Of a stretch of DNA of 64,000 nucleotides, positions 24,656 through 32,307 are shown in pieces. This DNA is from Kiritimatiellia bacterium (GTDB taxonomy: Bacteria > Verrucomicrobiota > Kiritimatiellia > RFP12 > UBA1067): the NCBI GenBank assembly GCA_027858965.1, contig JAQIBS010000020.1, positions 23,569-87,568 on the forward strand. Direction: 5' to 3'. The translations under genes were made by a program, and so were the position numbers. Each line of letters begins with the position of its first letter. Within the stretch, counting starts at the first letter, position 1. Under the pieces are notes generated by a model. The model worked only from the letters and a program-made list of their open reading frames with translations, made no database searches and was not told where the DNA came from.

Positions 24656-25893
24656 TCCAGAGCAACCTGACTCAATGCGTTGAAGTCAACCTTGGTATAT
24701 ATGAAGGTTGTGGATAAATGTCGATGTCCAAGTACGTCAGCGACCGCTTTGAAAGAATACCCTTCGGCAACTTTCCGTGTCGCGAAAGCGTGACGGAAGG
24801 CGTGTGAGCCCTTGCAGGACACATTTATATCTGCTTCAATATGCCGACTGACGATAGCGGATAACGTACTGCTACGCGGCAGGCTCCGGTAAGGTGCGCG
24901 GCCTGTTATAAACACTTCCGGACAGGCGCATGCCGGTCGCCCTTCACGTAGATAATTCAGGATGCTTTTGCCGACCTCCCGTGTAATAGGCAGCAGGCTG
25001 TCCTTGCCGTTTTTAGTGGCTCTGAATAAGATCTGTTCGTTTTTCCAGTCAATATCACTGAGTTTCAGAGCTCGGACTTGGCCGCCTCTGACTCCGTAGG
25101 CGTGCAGTATGGATATGATCGCATAATCCCTAATGCCAACCGGAGTGCCGCAGTCAACAGAGTGAAGGATTGTCTGCGCCTGGGTTTCGTTTATACCACG
25201 CGGCACCCGCGCCAGCTTGTATGTGCGCAGTGTCGGCACCGCTTGATCAAGATGCAGATGGATGAAACCCTGATAGAAACAAAAGCGCAGAAATGTGCGC
25301 AGTGCAGCCTGCATTGAGCGGCGGGCCGCGTTTCCCATTTTATCTGCAATATCAAGAAAGAATGACTCAACGTCATCCGGCATCAGCTCACCCACGCCAT
25401 CGGATGTGGCTTTCGCCCCCAGCGCATTCAGAAATTTCACCAGACTGCTACGCCGAACTTTCAGGGTTCCCTCAGCAGCATGCTGATGATCTTTCATCCA
25501 CCACAGATAGCCGGAAAGCAACGATTCATAACAGGGCGTGTCTTTCCACACCTTAAATAAACCATTGTCATCAAGGTGTTTACAGAATCGATTGATCGAT
25601 AACCGATTCCGCCGGAGGTGTAATTCCAGTGGTCCCCTGTGCCTGCACAGCAACCTGTAGTCGGCATAAAAGGCATCAATATCGCTTTGAGTCAGATGCT
25701 CTTCCCATTTCCACTTTTCATCCGCAAGCCATGTGTTCAGATGTGATACATGGCTGAGATGCAAACGAATTGTACCTCTCGAAAACCCTTGATCCAGCAA
25801 TTCGTCACAAAAGTTATCCAGTAAGTGCCCCAAGGGCTCACTCCGCAATTTTGCCAGAGTGCATGAATAGGTAAAAACTTGTTCCAGTGCCAT
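24631..25893 (-). CDS. tyrosine recombinase (RIT first gene, RitA-position, 420 aa)
   Basis: HAFRHAFATRKVAEG...LGHRHLSTTFIYTKV integrase C-terminal motifs; longer N-terminal SAM-like region. Confidence 0.75.
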   Translation of the reverse strand: MALEQVFTYSCTLAKLRSEPLGHLLDNFCDELLDQGFSRGTIRLHLSHVSHLNTWLADEKWKWEEHLTQSDIDAFYADYRLLCRHRGPLELHLRRNRLSINRFCKHLDDNGLFKVWKDTPCYESLLSGYLWWMKDHQHAAEGTLKVRRSSLVKFLNALGAKATSDGVGELMPDDVESFFLDIADKMGNAARRSMQAALRTFLRFCFYQGFIHLHLDQAVPTLRTYKLARVPRGINETQAQTILHSVDCGTPVGIRDYAIISILHAYGVRGGQVRALKLSDIDWKNEQILFRATKNGKDSLLPITREVGKSILNYLREGRPACACPEVFITGRAPYRSLPRSSTLSAIVSRHIEADINVSCKGSHAFRHAFATRKVAEGYSFKAVADVLGHRHLSTTFIYTKVDFNALSQVALEWPKEVLS

Positions 25894-26044
25894 GACAGCC
25901 TCCTTTTCAACCTCAATAATTGAGGTCTCTAAGAAGATTCATAGCATATAATTATGTTGAGTAAAAGTTTTGTAGAGAGAGTAAAAGGCCTGTTAATAAA
26001 GAGAAAGAGTTGATGAACTTCACATAATCAGTTACTTTACATAA

Positions 26045-26920
26045 CATACACATCTTCTGATCGAGTCTCCTGAAGGTAATGTCAGTCGTGCAATGCAGTG
26101 GCTGAATACCAGTTACAGTGTCTGGTACAACATTAAACATGAGTGTGCCGGAGCGCTTTTCCAGCCTCGGTTTAAGAGTATTCCCGTTGACAGTGAGGGC
26201 GCGTGGGCATTTTATTGCGCCATGTACATTCACTTGAATCCTGTGCGGATAAAGGCTTTGGGGCTTGGCAAGGAAGACCGGCAGCGGGATAGAGCGGGAA
26301 TGCTTCCTGAAGAGCCGAAACCGGAACTGGTGTTGAAGCGGCTTGAAACACTTCGTAATCACCGATGGAGTTCATATCCCGCTTATGCCGGATATGCAGA
26401 AAGGCCGAAGTGGCTGTATTGTGAAGAACTGTGGCTGCACGGAAATGAAAAATCGGCTGATCCTCAAAAAGATTATCGGGAGTGGATTGAGAATTACATC
26501 AAACAGGGTGTCGAGGAGAAAACATTCGCAAAGATAGCCGGCGCACTCATTATCGGCAGTGCGCAATTCATGGCCAGGCTGCGCAAGAATGTACTGAAAG
26601 ACAGAGGTGTGAATTCAAACGAGAGAAAGTGGCGCAGGCTGCTTCCTTTTGATGATGTTGTGAATGCGGTCGAGCAGGTCAAGGGTGTGCCTTGGAATGA
26701 TTTTGAAAACCTGTATGGGGACTGGGGCAGAGATCTGGCTTTATATATTGGCCGGGTGCGTTGCGGATTGACGCTTCGGGAGCTGGGGGAGCAGGTCGGG
26801 TTGAAAATGCAGACAGTTTCAAAGGCCGTTTCACGTATCGGGAAAAGGTTGCGCCATGATAAGGAGTTGCAAATCGCATACGGACATGTGCTTAAATTGC
26901 TGAATAAAAAAGAAGGTTAG
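26045..26920 (+). pseudogene. second, diverged Y1 (HUH) transposase / DnaA-C-like HTH paralog, N-terminally truncated at the HUH motif
   Basis: Upstream in-frame read gives TAA-HTHLLIESPEGNVSRAMQWLNTSYSVWYN...ALFQPRF...YIHLNPV; mirror arrangement to 21718-22560, roughly 40-50% identical by eye. Confidence 0.55.
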
Positions 26921-27062
26921 CCTCAAAATGTCGCTTTTCCATCTACGACCCCTATGCTTCACCTATGCTTTCAATTTTCATTTTGATATCCAGAATCGGC
27001 AAAGCAACATTTTCCATAGTTTAGCATTGACCTACCGTATCCAAGAGGCTACACTATCTGAC

Positions 27063-27353
27063 ATGGTTGAAATTCGTAAAACTGACACATTTTCCAAATG
27101 GATCGATGGATTGCGTGATATACGCGCTCGTGCACGTGTCCAAGTAAGGATTGAGCGTCTTGCGCAAAGAAACGCTGGAGATGTAGCACCGATTGGAGAA
27201 GGGGTTTCGGAGTTGCGAATTGATTATGGGCCAGGATACAGAGTATATTTTAAGAAAATCGGAAAAATCGTGATAATTTTACTGGCTGGCGGAAACAAGA
27301 AAACGCAGTCCAGAGATATTAAAACAGCATTGCGGCTAGCAAAAAATCTTTAG
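27063..27353 (+). CDS. addiction-module killer protein (RelE/ParE superfamily, TIGR02683-like)
   Basis: MVEIRKTDTFSKWIDGLRD...IDYGPGYRVYFKKIG is a typical 'putative addiction module killer protein'; start at internal Met. Confidence 0.6.
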   Translation: MVEIRKTDTFSKWIDGLRDIRARARVQVRIERLAQRNAGDVAPIGEGVSELRIDYGPGYRVYFKKIGKIVIILLAGGNKKTQSRDIKTALRLAKNL

Positions 27354-27361
27354 GAGTTCTT

Positions 27362-27661
27362 ATGAGTAAGACTAAAACAACAAAATATGATATCGCTGAA
27401 CATTTACGGACACCGGAAGAGATGGCAGCATACCTTGAGGCTTGCCTGGAAGAATCGCAAGGAGATGGCGCTTTTGTTGCCAAGGCTCTCGGTGATATAG
27501 CCCGAGCAAAAGGGATGACGCAAATAGCCCGTGATACCGGATTGTCAAGAGAGAGCTTATACAAAGCCTTATCAGGAGACCGCATGCCCAGTTTTGACAC
27601 AATACTCAAAGTTGTCCAAGCCCTTGGATTAGAGTTGCGTGCCGCTCCAATTCAAACCTGA
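27362..27661 (+). CDS. addiction-module antidote protein (HTH antitoxin, TIGR02684-like)
   Basis: YDIAEHLRTPEEMAAYLEACLEE...GMTQIARDTGLSRESLYKALS; 8 bp downstream of the toxin. Confidence 0.6.
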   Translation: MSKTKTTKYDIAEHLRTPEEMAAYLEACLEESQGDGAFVAKALGDIARAKGMTQIARDTGLSRESLYKALSGDRMPSFDTILKVVQALGLELRAAPIQT

Positions 27662-27704
27662 TTCATTATGTTGCAAATTATGGGAGCTAGAGAGACGCGC
27701 ACAG

Positions 27705-27950
27705 CTAAGCTAATGCACCAGCCTGCTTGTAAGGCTTAATTTCTGACAATTCGCTCTGCTCCTTAACACCGACAGCGTAAAGATCCCAGCGTAACTGAAG
27801 GTTCATCCCGAAATCCTCAGTGACACTAAAGTAGCGAGCCAAACGCAGAGCAGTGCTAGGTGTTATACCCCGACGCTGATTAACAATCTCATTAACCCTT
27901 TGATAAGGAACCTTTATAGCATCCGCAAGCTCTTTTTGCGTCATGCCCAT
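27705..27950 (-). CDS. higA: HigA-family XRE-HTH antitoxin
   Basis: MGMTQKELADAIKVPYQRVNEIVNQRRGITPSTALRLARYF is a canonical HigA HTH. Confidence 0.6.
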   Translation of the reverse strand: MGMTQKELADAIKVPYQRVNEIVNQRRGITPSTALRLARYFSVTEDFGMNLQLRWDLYAVGVKEQSELSEIKPYKQAGALA

Positions 27951-28026
27951 CGGAATAAGAAACTATTGCAGCAACATCTCTCCCGGATGGGTTGGTTTTC
28001 TATTTGTAGGAACTCTGATCATTATC

Positions 28027-28257
28027 TTAAAAATTTTCAACTAATTGAGATAGGGATTCAAAATAACGTCTATGGGTTTTCCTCAAGGCATTTTCATCAG
28101 AAGCGTTAAGTATCACAACTTCCCTATCAATTCCCTGCTTAAGATTCTTTAACTCAAGCTCTAAACGCTGATTTTCTGCATCAACTCTCTCTTCGTCTGA
28201 AAAAGATTTAACTTCCTCAAGTTTGCTTTTGCTACGATCATATGTAAGTAAAAAAAA
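28027..28257 (-). other. 77-codon start-less open frame, in frame with and directly after the TGA of the upstream RelA/SpoT-like ORF; coiled-coil-like
   Basis: Translating codon-by-codon from TGA (28260-28258) gives FFLLTYDRSKSKLEEVKSFSDEERVDAENQRLELELKNLKQGIDREVVILNASDENALRKTHRRYFESLSQLVENF* with no ATG or GTG. Confidence 0.4.
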
Positions 28258-28749
28258 TCATAATATCTCCTTTATGTCATCAATAGTTGACATCATACTG
28301 CGGATCTCATTTTTAAGATTTTCTTTCATCTCAAAGACAAACTCTTTATCCAGTAACTCAATCAATTTCTCATCTTCTAATGACGCACCCTCAAATCTTG
28401 CTAATATTAATTTATCATGCTCAATTTCATCAACAACTTGTATCTGAGCCGCCATATCAGGAACAACTATCCTGCATCCAGAGATATCAGCCATTTGCGA
28501 TAAACGCATCGGACTTCTAAACAGCTTTTCACATATTGAGATAGTTGTCTTAGCTGGCCTACCAGAAACAGCAACTCCCAAAATCGTTCGAAGCTTGTCG
28601 ACCACTTCTAAATAAAATGGGGAAAAACTTCTCCTGTAATGATCAAGTTTTTCAAGATTTTCATCTGTAAGGCTCAACCGTAAAGAATCACCCAGTTTAT
28701 CTATACTTGATTTTGTCATGTTATTTCCATCAGAATTAATAAATATCAT
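28258..28749 (-). CDS. RelA/SpoT-domain (small alarmone synthetase-like) protein, divergent, possibly decayed toxSAS-type toxin
   Basis: HYRRSFSPFYLEVVDKLRTILGVAVSGRPAKTTISICEKLFRS...MADISGCRIVVPDM aligns with the RelQ/RelA G-loop region (..GRVKPVASILEKARRK...DIAGLRIM..), but the GYxSxH and EIQIRT motifs are not found. Confidence 0.4.
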   Translation of the reverse strand: MIFINSDGNNMTKSSIDKLGDSLRLSLTDENLEKLDHYRRSFSPFYLEVVDKLRTILGVAVSGRPAKTTISICEKLFRSPMRLSQMADISGCRIVVPDMAAQIQVVDEIEHDKLILARFEGASLEDEKLIELLDKEFVFEMKENLKNEIRSMMSTIDDIKEIL

Positions 28750-29061
28750 GTCATGATTGTTGTATCATCACAACCAGAAAGCAAAATGAGTTTATTGCAA
28801 TCGAGGTAATCGACTAAACACATTCTATTTTCTATATACTACGGAGCATAGCGACTCATTTTCCCTCTTCACCCTTCAATCTTCAATCTGTCCCCTCTAA
28901 CTTCATAATCCACAAGACGAGGTACGTGGGGCAGTGCGGATTTTGATTTTTGAGGCGAAGCCGTGCCCGCGAAGCGGGACAAAAAGCTCTTCCGCGTCGT
29001 CCCTCGCACCTCTTCAACTTTAGCACTTTAGAACTCTCGCACTTTAGAACTTCTTACCCCT

Positions 29062-30759
29062 TCACTCACCTATCCACCCAAGATCATCCTTCTTTCGGTC
29101 AATGATGCGACGCAGCATCCAGGCCAGCATCAGCAGAGCGGCAAACCAGAGCCACACAGCCCAGAGCGGCCAGTTATGGACTTCAAAATGCGTAAACCGG
29201 CAACCTGATATAAGAGAAGCTGTTTTAATCATGATCGTGGTAAATACAGCTGCCGCATTATTAAAACAGGCGGCCAGCCATACAGAGAAAAAACTGGCAA
29301 CAAAACCCAGAACGCCAGCGGTGACCAGCATCAGGGCACATGGGGTGATAATCATATTTGCAAGCAGTCCCCCGGGCGTGATCCGCTCAAAAAAATAGGC
29401 ACTCAAAGGCATTGAAGCCAACCAGGCCGATGTCGTTACCGCCATTAACTCCGCAATAAAGGTCAATACAGCAGCACAGCGACTGAGATATGCCGCTTTT
29501 TTATAATCCTCTGAAACAGAGTAAAGACGGGACTGAAGTTCGAGATCTTCAACCTTGAATGCCTTTTTAAATATTTCACAAACCGGCTTGAATAAAACAA
29601 TCAGCCCCAGCATAACACTGAAAGAGAGGATGCACCCAAGGTTAAAAATATATGACGGAGCAAAGAGGTGAACCACAAGCGCAGTGGCAGCCAGAGCCGA
29701 CAATGCGTTGAACCTACGGCCAATAACGGGAGCGGAAAAGTAGAACAGGGCCATTATACAGGCGCGAACAGCGCTGGGACGCAAACCAGTTGCAAAGGTA
29801 TATATAAAAAGCAGCGGTGCCAGGATGTATACCCAATAATAACGAGGAACACCGCACGAGGAAATAAAGAGAACCAGGACCGATGCGATCAAGGCAATAT
29901 GAAGGCCGGATATAGCAAAGACATGAATCGTACCCGACCAGGCAAATTTCTGTCGCAGCGCCCAGGGTATTTTACTTTTAAAACCCAGTAATACCGCCTG
30001 ATGAATAGCAACAACATCATGCCAGTCCTCAATGCCGATAGCGATACGACTGGATGCCCCTTTACTAAATTCGGCAACTCTGACAGCCAGAGCTCCTGAT
30101 TCACCGGAACTCAAGCATTTTGAATGGCTCTCACCGCTGTTTAGAATCAGCCGGGGGTCTCCACTACGATCCTCTCCCACATACATTCTCCCGGCAAAAC
30201 TCCACTTGTTCCCACGTTCAGGGACCTTGGTAACCAGCCCTTCTTTATCACCATACCAGTTAACAATCAAAGGAGCGGTGATATGTCGCCCCCCTTCAAT
30301 CAAGTGAACATCAGAAACTTTAAAACGATATCTGGCTGCGCGCCCCTTGAGTGGACGAACCGATGGATTATAAGCTACCGTACATTCAACAGATATAGCA
30401 CTTGATGATGATTCTACAAAAGAGATATCAGATCTGATTCTATAAATGTCATACGATGAACGCGCAAAACCGGCCACAAAAAAAATCAGAACTAAAAATA
30501 TTTTTCTGACAAATGGCTTGCAAAGCCAGAGAGAGAGAATGGAGAGTGCCACAAATATCAGGAAGAGGGAGAGATAAACAGCTGGAGTAAAACCGAAAAA
30601 TTTATAACCACCCCAAACACCGGCAAGAGAGGCCGCTGTTACTGTAACGATCAGTGGAATTTTTGCACAATCACGCAAAAAGATGACAAGATTTAAGAAA
30701 AGAGGTCCTAAACTCCTGCAATTTATTTTGCTCTCGCTATTACTATCATTCTTTTTCAT
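29062..30759 (-). CDS. comEC: ComEC/Rec2-family DNA-uptake channel protein (no beta-lactamase domain)
   Basis: DUF4131-like N-terminal TM region plus competence domain with AISGLHIALIASVLVLF; 565 aa polytopic. Confidence 0.7.
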   Translation of the reverse strand: MKKNDSNSESKINCRSLGPLFLNLVIFLRDCAKIPLIVTVTAASLAGVWGGYKFFGFTPAVYLSLFLIFVALSILSLWLCKPFVRKIFLVLIFFVAGFARSSYDIYRIRSDISFVESSSSAISVECTVAYNPSVRPLKGRAARYRFKVSDVHLIEGGRHITAPLIVNWYGDKEGLVTKVPERGNKWSFAGRMYVGEDRSGDPRLILNSGESHSKCLSSGESGALAVRVAEFSKGASSRIAIGIEDWHDVVAIHQAVLLGFKSKIPWALRQKFAWSGTIHVFAISGLHIALIASVLVLFISSCGVPRYYWVYILAPLLFIYTFATGLRPSAVRACIMALFYFSAPVIGRRFNALSALAATALVVHLFAPSYIFNLGCILSFSVMLGLIVLFKPVCEIFKKAFKVEDLELQSRLYSVSEDYKKAAYLSRCAAVLTFIAELMAVTTSAWLASMPLSAYFFERITPGGLLANMIITPCALMLVTAGVLGFVASFFSVWLAACFNNAAAVFTTIMIKTASLISGCRFTHFEVHNWPLWAVWLWFAALLMLAWMLRRIIDRKKDDLGWIGE

Positions 30760-30952
30760 GTTTTTTTTGCATGTTTATTTATCGCTAATATTATAACCTA
30801 TTAATAGTACATGAATTAAAAGACTGTACAAATGACAATACACTTTTAACACAAAGGCACAGTGACACTGAGTTATTAACCGAAAACACCAAACTCTAAA
30901 AAATGCTTGGCATCCGTCTTCTTTGCGTCTTTGCGCCTTTGCGGGAGAATAG

Positions 30953-31942
30953 TCAAATAACCGGAGCAAGCACTTCCACATCGGCACGCATCCGGGCAAT
31001 ATCCTCCGGCTGTATTTCAACATCACCGGCACCGGCATTCTCAATGATATTGCTCTCTTTACGGGCACCACAGAGTGCGCAGGTCAGACCGGGCTGTGCA
31101 ATAGTCCAGGCAATAACCAACTGAGCAACGGTACAGTTGTATTTGGTTGCAAGGCTCTCCCAGCCCTTGACCATTGTAATCACCTTGATACGGTTCTCGG
31201 GGTTGAACCAGGAAATACGATTACGCACTGCGGAATCGGTCAGCTTATAATCCATGCCGATCTTACCGGTCAGCAACCCCTGTTCTAAAGGAGAGTAGGC
31301 CAGAACAGCCACATTATTTTTAATACAATAGGGCAACACTTCGCTCTCAATCCCTCGATCCAACATACTGTAACGTGGTTGGTTAGAGACTATTACACCG
31401 GCGGCACGATACTCATCCATTTCGGCACAACTCACATTGGAGGCACCAATTGCTCGTATCTTGCCGTCATCACGCATCTTCATGAGGTAGGCCATGGTAT
31501 CTTCAATGGGTGTTTTATCTGGTTCTACCGATTGCCAATGCGTTTGCAACAGGTCAATACACTCGGTCTGCAATCGCGTCAAACTACGCTCGATTTCAAT
31601 CGTAAGTGTTTCAGCTGAGAGCGACCGATTAACTGTATGTCCATCATAGTCAAAGTGATAGGAGCCACGCTGATCATCCCACCAGAGGCCGCACTTGGTT
31701 GCCAGCACCGCTTTATCGCGTCGGTCACGCAACGCCTCGCCAACAACCTTTTCGCTATGTCCAAAACCATAAACCGGGGCTGTATCAATCAGATTGATAC
31801 CATGATCCAATGCAGCATGAATAGTTTTGATAGATTGCTGATCATCGTTATCACCCCACCATGGACCGCCACCGATCGCCCAGGTCCCCATGGCCACTGC
31901 TGAGACTTTAATTCCACTGTTGCCCAACTCTCTATATTGCAT
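30953..31942 (-). CDS. aldo/keto reductase
   Basis: MQYRELGNSGIKVSAVAMGTWAIGG...DTAPVYGFGHSEKVVGEAL canonical AKR N-terminus. Confidence 0.75.
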   Translation of the reverse strand: MQYRELGNSGIKVSAVAMGTWAIGGGPWWGDNDDQQSIKTIHAALDHGINLIDTAPVYGFGHSEKVVGEALRDRRDKAVLATKCGLWWDDQRGSYHFDYDGHTVNRSLSAETLTIEIERSLTRLQTECIDLLQTHWQSVEPDKTPIEDTMAYLMKMRDDGKIRAIGASNVSCAEMDEYRAAGVIVSNQPRYSMLDRGIESEVLPYCIKNNVAVLAYSPLEQGLLTGKIGMDYKLTDSAVRNRISWFNPENRIKVITMVKGWESLATKYNCTVAQLVIAWTIAQPGLTCALCGARKESNIIENAGAGDVEIQPEDIARMRADVEVLAPVI

Positions 31943-32201
31943 ATGTACTCTCCTGTTTTTTGCATTTAAAACTCTTTAAATAATAGCATATTTTGCATTA
32001 GTAGCTATAACATCAAATTCTTATTGTTTTTGGTTAAAATATTGTGTGCGGCTTTGCTACTCTACGTTCTTAGTGATGAGGATATTGAGTTGGGACAGAG
32101 CATTTGTAAAATTTCACGCATGAGTCCTAAATCTTAAGTGATAGAATATATCAGCATTTAAAAAAAATACCTCCTTGATTATCAACGACTTACAAAAAAA
32201 T

Positions 32202-32248
32202 ACAAAATATAGTGGACAATCATCACAACAACCACTATATATAGTTAC
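32202..32248 (+). promoter_or_regulatory. two candidate NrdR boxes upstream of the class II RNR gene
   Basis: acaaaatatagtggac and accactatatatagttac, about 31 bp apart, resemble the acaCwAtATaTwGtgt NrdR operator; 60-100 bp upstream of the 32308 start. Confidence 0.35.
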
Positions 32249-32307
32249 ATTACGCAAAGCATTAAAACTTTACTATTTTCTGAAAAATTTACCTGGACCT
32301 GTTACTA

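Larger units (their letters stand above)
22557..26048 (-). mobile_element. RIT (recombinase-in-trio) element: three tandem tyrosine recombinase genes bounded by 51-bp perfect inverted repeats
   Basis: IR-L 22557-22607 is the exact reverse complement of IR-R 25998-26048 (aaagagaaagagttgatgaacttcacataatcagttactttacataacata); three overlapping integrase ORFs between them. Confidence 0.75.

Noticed and set aside
28027-28257. The 77-codon frame as the HigB toxin partner of the downstream higA
   Set aside because: Its sequence is helical and coiled-coil-like, with none of the HigB/RelE beta-sheet core motifs and no start codon. It more likely belongs to the SAS-like gene, or is an RHH-type remnant.
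28258-28260. In-frame TGA after the SAS-like ORF as a selenocysteine codon
   Set aside because: No SECIS-like hairpin is apparent immediately downstream. The protein family is not a known selenoprotein. A nonsense mutation or read-through is more parsimonious.
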